Of a stretch of 64,000 bases of DNA, positions 37,951 through 50,400 are shown piece by piece. Location: the NCBI GenBank assembly GCA_013115125.1, contig JABANN010000079.1:1-64000 (forward strand), written 5' to 3'. Within the stretch, counting starts at the first letter, position 1. Each line of letters begins with the position of its first letter. The notes under the pieces are model-generated. The model saw only the letters and a list, made by a program, of their open reading frames with translations. It searched no databases and was not told the DNA's origin. This DNA is from Perkinsus olseni. Taxonomy: Eukaryota. The translations under genes were made by a program, and so were the position numbers.

Positions 37951-40258
37951 CTAGGGCAGTGAGGAAACTAAGAACAGCAGTCGGCCCTGGTTGGTACCAT
38001 AAAGTTGGGTCCGAATATCTCCCTGATGTTGGTAGCCACCGATCCAGAGTCGTAAAATCGAGGCCCTATGGGGCACCAAGTCTTCGGGGCTATCTCTAAG
38101 AACCTGTGGCAGCACTCTGTCCCTCAGCCGGTCTCCTCTTGGAGGCATATCACTCTGCTTTGTACGGCCGTTTCTCAATGAACGTAACGTTCCTCATGAC
38201 TTGTCCACATTGACCCCAGAACATGAAGCCCATAGCAATCAAAGCTCCGAACGTCGCGAACAACATCAGAGTCGCTCCGCCTGCGCAGGACTGGAAAGCA
38301 GCAAGTGGTTGCACGATCACTTTGACGAGCTTATTGCCAAAACTGAGCAATTTCAGCACGCATTGATTCCCTCGCTGCTCTGCAACTCGCGCAGATGACA
38401 AGTTTGGTATGATGGATGAGAGGAAGCAATTCCACCGTACTTCGCCATGAATATTCCGGTTTATCGCTACTTGAAGACGCAGTTTGAAATACAATAACGA
38501 TTCTGGCGGCGAGCGGAAGCCCTGATGGAACCAGGGCGTGCATCCAGCAGCAACTGCCGAATTCACCAGGAGTTTCCTCCACATCCGGTGACAGTGCGAT
38601 AACGGTCGGTCGGATCTCCGTTAATTGAAGTGCTGCTTTGACGCCAAGCCATTGACACAACGATACGAAGCGGCTACTTACAGGAATGATAGTCCTCAAG
38701 TGTACATAGAGGCCGATGGGGAGAGCTATGTGACCATAGGTGATGTACTGCCATGTGCTGAGTCTTACACCGAGGAACAGGGGACCGAACCCTTCCCGTA
38801 GGAGCACGGTTGACCAAATCATGTACCTTACGAGACAGGGGGCGTAGCTTGTGCAGTGAGTGAGCTATATTGTGAGCTTAGTTGAATAAGATTCAACATC
38901 ACTTCGAACATAGGGATGATGAACGCCGCAACACGGAAGAGCACTCAAGTTCCAGCGCTTTCGTATACGCGCAGTGAGCGTCCCTGGAGGGATGGTTACC
39001 ACCATGATGAGACTTACTGAGCATAGATGCAAGCCGCGGAGCCGAAGATGAAGACCAGAATGAATGATCCTTGATTTCGAGCACCCACGCAGTTCCCTGA
39101 GAGCAACAACCCACGAAAATCTCCTATCCATTGGAAGCGCGTCGACGTCCTTCCAACTTTTCCGAGTCCATCCAGATGCAAGGGCATCCTGGGGGCATTT
39201 TTATACCCTGGAGGGTCACACGACTGCCTACTCTAATGTGTATCCATTGTGAATATGCTGGTTTAATACCCATTGCAAATCGGCCGTAGCGAACAGGACT
39301 GGATGAAGGCCGTTCGTTAATACCAAGCCCCGCTCGTCATTGCGGATGAATTCCCAATCTCTCAATGATATCCAACATCCATATCTATGCCTCGATATCG
39401 ATGCGCAACGCTCAATTTCACTAGCAGATGCCGTTTCTAGGATTGCGGTAGCATTGGCGGCCCTTATTCCCCTAGGCGATGGCAGGCTTACCGGTAACAT
39501 CACAGTGATGATCCATTCGGTCGACACACCTATTGCACCTCGAGCAATGGTGAGAGCGTGGAGGTTTGTAACTGGGGCAAGGCTTAATGTGGCGTATACC
39601 GCTGCCGCAACGGAATACAACCGGATTTTGCCGAATCAGAGCACGGTGGTGACGCCGGTGAAACGAGTCCAAGGCCGACCACCGCCCTCCGAGAACGCTC
39701 AACGTGATCCGATGGAACGGGAGCAGCCATCATCCACGTCAGTGCTTGGTCTCAACGGTACCACAATGGGCCTACTTTTTGCACCACTCGCAATATCGCG
39801 GTGCGTATAAAAAGTCTGTGCCCTCAGTCGCGTGAGAGGTGGGGTCTTTTCGAACACGCAGTTGGTATCTGACTGGATCATTGTGTGAGAGGGTTGATTA
39901 AATTCCTACTGTCCAGTAGCTTCCATGTCGGGCTTCCGGTCCCCGTGTATGTACCCCGGGTCAGACATCATCGCATGATAGAAGTTCACTACGAGCTGAA
40001 GAGGTAGGATGATGATAAGGATCCCAGAGGCGAGTTACCCCACCTGAAGGCTAAGCCACACGGCAAAGCAGCCATGTAGCAGGCTCAATACGGGACCGGC
40101 GTTCCGAGCAATGAGGATGTTCTGATGAAAAGATGGTATGTGAGCAGGCGTGATTTTATTACCGGCAAGAGCCAGGCAATGCCGAGAGACGGGACTATGG
40201 AGACAAGGCAGAGTGTGGAGAGTCTGCCGAGCTTTGTTAATATGGCGATGGGGTTCAT
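37951..40258 (-). CDS. DHHC-type palmitoyltransferase; multi-exon, 3' end approximate
   Basis: Hydrophobic N-terminal exons (MNPIAILTKLGRLSTLCLVSIVPSLGIAWLL; FYHAMMSDPGYI). DHHC-CRD: KPPRSHHCSRCNRCVDRMDHHCDVTG. TM4 plus TTxE-like motif: LIAMGFMFWGQCGQVMRNVTFIE. Confidence 0.85.
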
Positions 40259-40982
40259 TGACACTGATGGTCTGAACAGGCTTTATCTTTTGTCATCCGG
40301 ACAAATCACATGATCGAGATCCCGGGTTCTATCCCGGCCGACTGCGTTTCTCCATTTATTTTTCTCCCGAAGCGCTGTTAGACTTGAGTCTGAACAAATA
40401 TGCTGTTGTAAATACGATATGACTCGCGCTTAGGCTCATCCTCAAGGCGTAGACTATGCAGAATCACCTTCGATGCTTGCAAGTAGCTTTCTAAGAAGAA
40501 AATGAGAAATTTCCAACTCCTCGGTTCGAAAACAATTGTGGTTGAGTCGACGCCGGAGGGCGTGTTTCTCAACGATTCCGGTCATCAACAATAGGCTAGC
40601 TCCAGCAGTAGAAAATCTCATCACTAGAGCTCAAGCGACCCTCATCTCCATCAACTATCCATGGATAATAAGAGAAAGAAGCAGCTCTCCGGCGCAGAAT
40701 TCAGCGCAATTATTTTGGCATTTCGTGTGAAGTCGCCCGGGTAATTCCCAAAATCCAAGGGAAAGGTTCAAAACCCCAGGAAGCATTATCGGGGGTCTGG
40801 TTGCCCCGGGTAACAGGTCGGGCTGTTCTCCTTGATCAAGTTGTCATAGCCTAACGCGCATACAGAAGCGGAACTGTCCCCCCGTCGAAACCCTAATCAA
40901 TTATTGACTTGCCCTTGGCGGCCGTAGTGGTTGGTGGCTGATTTCTTCGCCCAGCGCATGCAGTAGAAGCCTCATTAACTTC

Positions 40983-43900
40983 ATGTCTGCTGCTGTGCAC
41001 AAGAGGCGACCGTCACTGCTACAGTCCTCGTCATTCCTGATACCCCCAATCAGACGGCAAAGTAGAAAAGAATCATCATCCCATACCGAAAACACCGCTG
41101 CTGTGTTGTCGGCAGATTCCAAGGGGGCCAACTTCAGCAGCCCCGAGATTACCGATAGAGAGGACCTCATCAAGACGTTACGGGCAATCTCAAGCGAGAT
41201 CGCTAAGGCCGTCCTACTTGATGTCCAGGAATCTATAGGTGACCTAGTCGAACGTAGGCTGGGACCTTTCCTAGTTCAGACCAGCTCTCCCGCTCGCTCA
41301 ATGACAAGATCGACACAGTACTAGCAGAGCTCGGTTCTGAGAGGGCAACGACAGCTAGCCCTGCCAGTAGCTCCAATAGACGTGTATCAGCTGCGGATAG
41401 AAAGCACAGTAGAATCCTTTTTGACCAACCTGGTGAGAAACTGAATCTTGTCGCATAGAATCTGTCGTGTCAGGATCAACCAACGACCTATCAGGGAGTG
41501 ACCTTGATGTGGCATCTCCGACCAACCAGGCGAGGATAGTCTTCGGCAGGAGGAATCGAAACATACCGTAACAATCGTAACTTCCGAGGGGACGTAGACG
41601 GCACTTTTATGTATTCGAAGTAGTCGTGTAGCATCTATGCTTCCCTGTGCTCTATCGTGCACACGCAGCATTCTCATGAAGTCTCCCTCTGGGACACAGT
41701 GTGGCAGTGTAATGCAAAAAGGTCCTTCGCTTTTAAGCCGGGCTGTGCTCCCTGCGTTTCCTCTGGACTTCACTTGCGCATTCGATGAGTCAGCCGTTAG
41801 GTTACGCCGACGCCTTCAAGTGTGTATCGAAAGACCCGTCACGTACCTGCCCCCCTCTCAGGATTACAGAGAAAACGGCTAGTATACCACACCTACCAGG
41901 AGCGCCCCAGACAGAGACAAGTCCATTGCCTTCCCGAAGGGTGGCGCGTGGAGCGAGCAGGGAGCATCCGCCCAGAGCGAGCGGGAGCCACAGGACGTCA
42001 TCGTCGTCGTCTCGCTCATCATCACCTTCCGAGAGGGCTCGAAGGCAGGAGGGCAGGAGGGCCAGAGCATCCATTACCAACTTCAATGCGGAGGAGCCCA
42101 GGAGAAGGGGCAGTTTAGATAGAACCCAATCGGGAGGCAACAGAGGGTGGAGGAACTCCCATGATGCCATTGAACAGAATGATGAAGAGGTACCGTCTTC
42201 TCGAGATCGTTCGGGAAGGGCGAGTGACTCTTCGGTGAGGATTGGAGCTTCGTCCTCATGCCTTTCGCTCCGCTATAGTTGTGCTATCTAATAGTACAGC
42301 GAGGATCAGGAGCTCACTTTGCCTTGTCAAGATTAGTTAGCCGCGAAAACAATACCAGAGTATAGAGAGTGTGAATTGAATCCTGCTATGATGCTGTTTC
42401 TCATGATGGGTGCTGGTGTCACACCAGTGGTGTGCAGTGTGCGTTAATAGGGACGTCCGCTGCTGCGGTTGGTGGACTCCTTCCGCTCCTTCAGGGTGCT
42501 ACCCCTGGAGAAGCCAAGAGTGCAGAGGTTGGCGAGACTAATGCCGGATCGGAGTCCCCAGTAGCAGAGCTGACTCATGGCCATTTGAAGGAGCTTTTGG
42601 AACGGTATCAACGGGATGGAGGGGTCGTTGTGCATTTGGAAGGAAGATACACTGCAGCCGAGGTTGAGGAGAAATCAGTTGCAAGAGCGAGAGCATCGAC
42701 GGCTGGGGCGAACAAGACGTCGGAGCGGACTAGTGAGGGATGGCGAGGCGAAGTTGGTTTTTGCCACGGGTGTTAGGTGTCACGAAGCGAACTGGGAGGA
42801 GGGCGGCAGTCAACCTCCTAGCTCTGTCGAGTAAATTGAACCTACAAGGGCTGATAACGGAGGAGGGCAGTGAACGAAGTAGAGTTGGTGATGGTGTGGT
42901 ACTGCGCTGCATGCCATGTTGTAGTGATGACAGTGACAGAGCAGCTGACCATGATTGCCACTTCGACAGCCACTGCGGTTCGAAACTTCTTCAAGGAGCC
43001 TGTTAGCCCGTCATCAAGTGAGCTCTTCAGGGATGGCATCCTGTGTGGCATCATCATACGAAAAAGTTTCGAAAAGGAAGGCACTTCGCATGCCTCGTCC
43101 CGTGCATTCCTCGCTATATCTCGGTCCCATTGACACAGACTAGGCTGGTCCTCCTAGGAGCCTTCCCTCAAGTCCTGCATCAGGTGGTCGAATCGTATGG
43201 GACATGATTCTAGCAGCGGCGTTAGTATACGTCATTATCGGCATACCCTTCGAAGCGGCATTTGTGGTAGGCGACACTCTTCCCTGTCGGCGGGGTATCC
43301 CCTCCTTCAGGCCAATGAGGGCAGCTATCCGTCTTCGCAGCTCGTGCTCGATGCGTAAGCCTGGGGGCTCGTCTTCTTCACGCCCCACAGCATTATAACA
43401 GGATACTCCTCATCGATGTGCTGCTCCAATTCCAAACCCAGTTCAGCGAGAATGGCGCGCTAATATCCAGCCGCAAGAGGATAGCCCGCCGGTAAGTCTT
43501 GTGGTGACCACTCCTGGTCGCTTAACATCAATCGTCCAGTCCTTCCCCGTTCGAAAGGTCTTTTATCTGTCCCGGGACTCTTCATGATTGCGTATCCGAG
43601 GTCGAAGCTTGCCTGGTTCGCAATATGTTGCTTTAGATATCTGAAGTCTTGGCTATGGCCGGAGCTTCTCACGTCCATACCCTGGGGGCTGGTGAGTGGC
43701 CGTCTGTGCTGCTTCACTTGAGTAGCGTGTCAGTTCATATCGAAGTACTCCCGAGAGCTGTCGGCCATTAAGTTGGGCCGGACTTTGTCTTTGGCTCGCC
43801 TGGGGAATATGACTATGACCATCATGGCTAAGGTCGAGTACAGGGTGCAAAGCGAGATATGGTGGATCATACTGGGCGTACTGAAACTGGTGAGAACAGC

Positions 43901-46822
43901 GGCCAACAGGCTACACGTTTCCATCCAAACACAACGTCCATTCAGTATCCATAGAAACCATGCGGGCCCTTTTAACGCAGTGCCTTATCACAGGTATCAG
44001 CCTTGCTGGTGATGTGCCATTGGGGTGCATGCTTATGGTGGCTTGTCGGCAAGGTGAGTCGCCTCGCTTCCCCTCGCACCCTTGTCAATGTTCTTCTTCT
44101 ACTCTCACACTGCCCAACTGCAGCCTGGGGGTGTTGTCGTGGAATCATAGTAAGCGTTAGTTGTGGTATTACAGGCGAGCAGCTCGGTTCGCCGGTTTTA
44201 TAACAAGTTTCCTACCGGATTCCTCACCTCTGGTATTTCATCTAGTCGATTGAAAATTCTGTTAATGGCAATATCAGTTGAGTATAGAAGATCATGATAT
44301 CTCCTGGATAACGGCGATGGACATGGTGGACGCTACCCGTGCCCAGCAGTATGTTGCGGCAATGTGGGTTCTTGTCACTTGACCACCATTCGTCCATCGA
44401 GGCCTATGAGTGTAGGTACTTCATGACGACTACTCTCACTACCGTGGGGTATGGTGACGTTACTCCGGAGACGCACGTTGAGAGGCTCTTCTGCATCTTC
44501 GCTGAGATCGTTGCTGGCAATGTAAGTTAGAATATGCGATAGTTGGGGCTTGGCGTTAGGGAAAGTCGAGAGTGTGCAAGATTGCCAAGTGTGATGTATC
44601 TCTCTGCGAGGTCTTTGCCCTATTCTCTGGTCTATTATGTGCACTTATGCTGACCTATGATGAGAGTGGCTCCCAGTATAGAGCTAAACTGAAGGATGCT
44701 ATGAGGTGACTTATATTATTCATGCTTCGACCAAAGATACGTCGGACTGCTGTGCCTTTTGCGCAAGCGTATTGACTCGATACCGTGGGGCGTTTCGTCT
44801 CCCCTCAGCAGCTAATCATCGGTGGCCGATAATTCCACGTTGTTCATGCTGCAGTTTAGGTACATGAACAAACACAAGCTGGAGTCGAGTCTTAGAATAA
44901 GGGTGCGCCACTTCCTGCATCAGCTCTTCGAGAATCAGACCAATCTAGAGGTAGGGCGGCGGCTTGGTGAAGTGGGACGCCTGTCTGCAGTCACGCCGGG
45001 CACTGGTTGAGTTCCTGCGCACTAGCGAGAGCCTCCAGAGGGACGTGTACGTTGGCCTCATGGGGAAGATGTTGAAGCGCTACTCGTGGTTCAAGGGGCT
45101 GTCACATGAGATACTTGGCAAGGTGAGAGGGTGGGCGTATCCAAGGTTAATGCTTGCTCACGACACTCGACTTGAGTGTCGTGAGCAAGGGTCCCTTTGG
45201 GCTTGCGTGACTCGAGCCCGAAGGGACCCAATGATTCGTCCCTATTCTCGCTCACGGCCCTTTGTAATTGAGAACTCAATACCCAAGGATGATAGGTAAC
45301 AGATAGAAGTAGATAAGTGGTGATGGAATAGTGTAGTACGCTACTAGTGAACTAAGGTAAGATATCTGTATCATCACAGCTAACACAAGAGTATTACAGT
45401 AGTCTTCTGTCGTCTATGTGATTCATGTAGAATGATCAGGTCATGCCTGTCGTTTTTGAGCATAGCCCCGCTGTCAGGTGTGCTCAGTATGTGAGGACCT
45501 CTACTACGCTCCTACCGATGTTATGATCTATGCCAGTGAGGATGCTGATGGTATGTACTTTGTGGTACGAGGATCCATAGAGCTGGGGTGGTGAGGGTGC
45601 TGCCGTGTGAGGGAGGCTTACAACGCGCAGGAGTTGTATACCGTGGCCTCTTGTCTTTGACAACTATTGTTTGTATCGTAGGGAGCCCGACAACTCTGCG
45701 GTGACACAGTCTGGGGGCCCATTGGACTTCTTGCACGATGCTCGTGGTGGAACCAGTGCGTAATCGGACTGAAGCGATGGAGTTCCCGATCCTTCTGCTC
45801 TCCATCGTGCTAGCGATCCTCGTGATTCAAGTGAGTCAGGCACGGAGGTTAGCAGTGAGGCGGGCGATGGCCGCTTCATAAGACGACCAGTCACGTTCCG
45901 CAAGCTGGCCAGTAGTGCGCATCTTACCTCGATAAGTGAGTACTCGGCAGTTGTTGTTCTGCTGCGAGTAGCCGGTATGCTTTAGTCGTGTTCATTGTTT
46001 TTTTATGGAATGTTCTGGTACCCTTCAAACGGTCACCTCCGAACTTGTGCATATCTTCTCTTTGCTTGTAGTTCGGATGGGGTCTAAATTACGATTCGGG
46101 TCAATGCTGCTCTGCGTTGTGGTACAGATTTTCCTACCCATTTTGGTAGTGGTAGGTTCAGTAGTCTAGCATGCCCTTCCATTTCCTTTGATTATATGAT
46201 GATGGTTTACTCGTCATCGTCCCTCTGTGCCAGTTATGTGGTTTCAGGTAACCTGTTGGGCGCCGCGTCCAGGATGTACGGCGACTTCTTCACCGGCGGT
46301 TCAGGACCTGGCGAGGCGTCCTTTGGCCCGATACCCTTGGGTGAGCAACAACAAGAGTTCGGGTTTCGACGGGGCTCCTTGAATAGTCCGAAAATCGTAT
46401 CAGCATGTTCAGTCTAATAGAGATGCCGAACTAACCGATCCGTGCAGCAAGTTTGTTCAGCGAGGGACAGATCTTCCAAGTCCCGAGTTCATGACCGTAT
46501 GAATGAAGACAAATCAACGGACGCTCATGCGGGCATCCGCCCAGTTACATGAATCCCGCCAAAAAAAATCGCGCTGAGTTCACACTCTGCGTACGCCGTT
46601 GCTAGCGGGCTCATCAGAGGAAATGGTGATTTATGATATTGCTTTCCATCGACGCTCTCGCCTACCGCTCACCGTCTTCCTGTTAGGTAGTAACCCGCTG
46701 AAGGAAATTGAAGGAGGCAAGGGGAAGACGAAGATGGGTGCGGGATCCTACTGCGGCCAAATGAGCCTCTTCGCGCCCTATGTTTGGCCGAGGACGGCTG
46801 TCTGCAGCTGCTTCTGTGAAGT
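40983..46822 (+). CDS. Cyclic-nucleotide-binding-domain K+ channel (EAG/HCN/plant-Shaker-like); multi-exon, ends approximate
   Basis: S1: WDMILAAALVYVIIGIPFEAAF. S2: LIDVLLQFQTQF. Pore: YFMTTTLTTVGYGDVTPETHVERLFCIFAEIVA (about 44416-44518). C-linker: YMNKHKLESSLRIRVRHFL. CNBD: YYAPTDVMIYASEDADGMYFVVRGSIE and GAGSYCGQMSLFAPYVWPRTAVCSCFCE. Confidence 0.88.
45153..45229 (+). repeat. Two abutting hairpins inside a K+ channel intron
   Basis: CTTGCTCACGACACTC-gactt-GAGTGTCGTGAGCAAG (16-bp perfect stem), then GGGTCCCTTTGGGCTTG...CGAGCCCGAAGGGACCC (17-bp stem with two T-G pairs). Confidence 0.9.
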
Positions 46823-47487
46823 GTAAGCGAGAGATGCTCGTTGTTGGTCCCTGGCGGGGAGTTGGCATGTAAACTTAATTCTCTTCATTCCTTCGTCCAC
46901 CATGAAATCCGAGCCATGCGGGTTTCTTCGAATCGAGTAATTCCGAAAGATTCGCTACTATAACCGATCGTTGCGGTTAGAGAATCGGACGTAGGGTATT
47001 GAACTGGAGTAGCAGGCGGAATTCGAAGCCTTTGCATCGTTAATGCTTACGCTTTTTTTTCGATTTGGATATACACTATGATAGTGTCACTATCCGTGAG
47101 CAAAAGCGGTGGTCGGGACTAGGCCATCGAGTGAGTGCGTTTACTAGGAGTACTTTGGAATTCTTGACCTTTTTACTCTCTCGTTCCCCTTCGTGGAACG
47201 AATGACCTTAGCATGGTTGGGCTGCGTAGTCGATCATAGGGATGTTTCCCAGAGTAACTGCTCAGTCCAAAAGACGCTGCGAATACTATCCGATAATAGG
47301 CGAAGAGAGAGTGAATTTTGAAGGAGTTTGGTGAGACCGCCTCCGAAGCCCCTGTTGATCGACGTTTGAGAGCTCTACATCGCTCGCGAGCACTGAGGGT
47401 AGCAGATAGGTCGATCCATTTCGGAACCGACACGGCGTTGGACGCCTACGATTGCCTCAACACAAGATTTGGCGCATCATCTCGTAG

Positions 47488-50400
47488 GTATCATATTGGG
47501 TCTGCCAAGTTCAAGGAGAAAATGTATGAGTCAGAGGACTCCAAGTGAGACTACTGAGCAGCAACCGGCTAGGCGCTGTTCATGTTCATCTTCTCAGGAC
47601 CATCTATAACGAGAAGGCCTTGTGTGTCGCAGCGAGGGAGGGGAATCTCAGGATTGTGAGTGTACCGGATTTTCGAGTGGATCATTATTGTCGGCGATAT
47701 TCGCTCTACGGCGCTCGATGGAACGAACGCTGTTCAATCGGTATCGGCAATCAGTGCAAAGGAAGGATTCTCCATAGCATGCCAGCTGGATTGGGGGGCA
47801 TACGTGAATTGTTTAAGGCTTGTCATGAAGGTCAGAATTGGTTGTAAGCCGTCTTTGCCTCCGACTCGAGCGAGTGGCAGCAGGCAAGGTGCCTCGATAG
47901 TTGAACAATAGTTCAAGGTAGCTCACCTAGCCGGCCAACCGACCTTCGAGAACTATGAAGGCCGGCCTAGCGCTTACTCTTGGCAGCGAAGGGAGCGTTA
48001 ACGAGAATCGCCCTCGGTCTGATGGGCAGCGCTTTAGTCTTCCTGTTTACTACAGCTCATATGCATCAGCGATAATTGGTGCTCCTCAGGTTGAAGACCT
48101 GCTCCACAACGAGAAGGTCGATGCAGACTGTGTCGATGAGGACGGCCTTCGACCCCTCTTCCATGCTATCAGTAATACCCGCTCTCGCCCCTGTCCGCTG
48201 CTCGAGATTCCCTCACACCATGCTGGCAGTACGTGTACTAGCACCCTAGAGCACAACGCTCTGACTATTCAAATAGACGTTCGATAATTGAACGCGTCTG
48301 TGAGTTAGTACCACAACAACCACAATTTCTGTTCAATAACGACGTGGTGTGCAATAGTATTGAACGCCAGCGCCATACAGATCTTATCCGTTGTCTGTAG
48401 TCGACTACGATCATTATGCAACAACCATTCGACGGGTCTCTGATAGATTCCGATTAGGTAGGAAGCACGCCAGGATTGTCACAGCATTGCTGGTGGCTGG
48501 CGCGGATGCCGACTCCCCGTTCCATCTTGCCCAGGATGACCCGTTATCTGATGGGCTTGCGGCTGTTGATGGGCAGCAGGTGAGTACCATTCGAGAGCTC
48601 TTTCAACCGCTGGGTTAACATGATATTGTGGGCCCATTGCATCGTGAGAAATTTCTAAAGCAGAATGCATCTGGGGATTGCGAATTGTTGCGGAAGTTTT
48701 GGTATCGGCCGCAGTTGCATATTTTGTGTCAGAGTGTCCCACAGCACGCCAAGAGAAAGCAAGTGATTGAGCCGTGGAACTTCCGTAAGTCTTTCACCGA
48801 GCGAGTCGAAGTACCACCCTACTCAAAACTGTGAAAAGGGTTTTCGGGACGTCCGAATCCAGGCTTCACTGAAACCCCTCCAAGATCACATTAGCGTGTC
48901 CTTTTTGCAAGATTCTAGCCCTCAGTATATGCTCATGTCCACATGTCCTTCAAGGCCGGCCGGCCAGCCGACCGCTCGTCTTGGAATTATGGATAACGTT
49001 ATGTCACCACTTGAACAAAGATGGTTACGTTAGTAGCCGACCTCCCCTCTAGAAGCTTTGATAATAAGCGCCGCTGTGAGACTTCGATAACAGAAGCTAA
49101 GGGCAGGACTGCAGCATCTTGCGCTCTTGCTATTCCTCTACGATTAATGCCGATATTCTCAACAACTTATGATGGTGATAACGCCGCATCATCTTCCATC
49201 ATTAGGTAATGCATTGTGTCCGCTGCATATGGCGATGTTCACTTGTTCTCTCCCTGTTGTTCGGGCTGTTTGCGACCACACGGACTTCTCGGCACTGCCG
49301 GTAGGGCCTTCACCCTTCACATCCTCGTTCTCTATTCGCTTTTTGTGTGCTGGAAATGTGTCGCCTGTCATGTTTGTACTCATCCGTAGGAGCGGGAGGT
49401 CAGTCGAATAATGGCCTACGCAGCGATGGCTGGCTATACCGCCGTAGTTGAATCGGCCCTGGAGAATCTTGCACCGGACGGGCCAGGTGAAGGGGCCATC
49501 AACATCGTAGCTATCGACTTATAGCACTCGACCGTTCAGGCTCAGCGGAGGCGCGTGAGACCATCGTGAATAAGCTTGACGACACTGCTGGGTAGGGGGG
49601 GGCCTCGCTGCTGTGCAATTGTTGTTCGTAGATCGACTAATATCGGAGACTGCCGCGACGCCCCGTCGTAGTGTTTTCTCTCAGCACTCTCAGTGTAAGC
49701 CTTCTGGTAGATACTCTCTGGTTCATTACGCCAGTGAGAGCGGTCAAGAGAAGTTGCTTTACTCCCTACTACTGAAGAGAGCAGATCCTGGGAAAGCGGT
49801 AGGTCATAGGTCCCTGGTTCGAATCCCAGAGGCGGTATTTTTTCAGGCAGCCGATGGGTCGATGCCGATACACCTTTGCGCCAGAAAAGGATGTAAGGCC
49901 CCGAGGCAGTCCTTCACCGCCACTCGTCTCCTCAGATGACGTTTGCCTCACGCAGTTGCTCGAGCATGGTGCTGATCCAATAGCCACCAACACCCTAGGC
50001 CAGACGGCCCTCGACATAGCCCTTGCCAACAACAAGTTTGGTAGGCGGCTGCCTTGTGTCTCACCACTGTCTCCCAAGTGCTCTCGTATCTTATCCGTTG
50101 CAACTCGGGAAAGAAGTTGGCTATTCGCAATGTTTGCGTCCTCGGCAGAGTATTTACTGTATTGGCGGTATTGTACAATCATAAAGGGCCTCAGATATCG
50201 TTAATCTGCTGAAGGCCCTCAACATCCATGAGTTGGCTAAGAGTGGCGAGTTGGAGGCGATACAGAATGCTGCTAGTCAAGGCTGCAACCTCGACAGAAC
50301 GCATCCGAAAACTGGCTTCGCTCCGCTGTAATATCTTTATACTGCTTGCCACAGCTCGCCTATAATTCCTTGTTTGCAGGTACTATGCTGCAGAGAGAGG

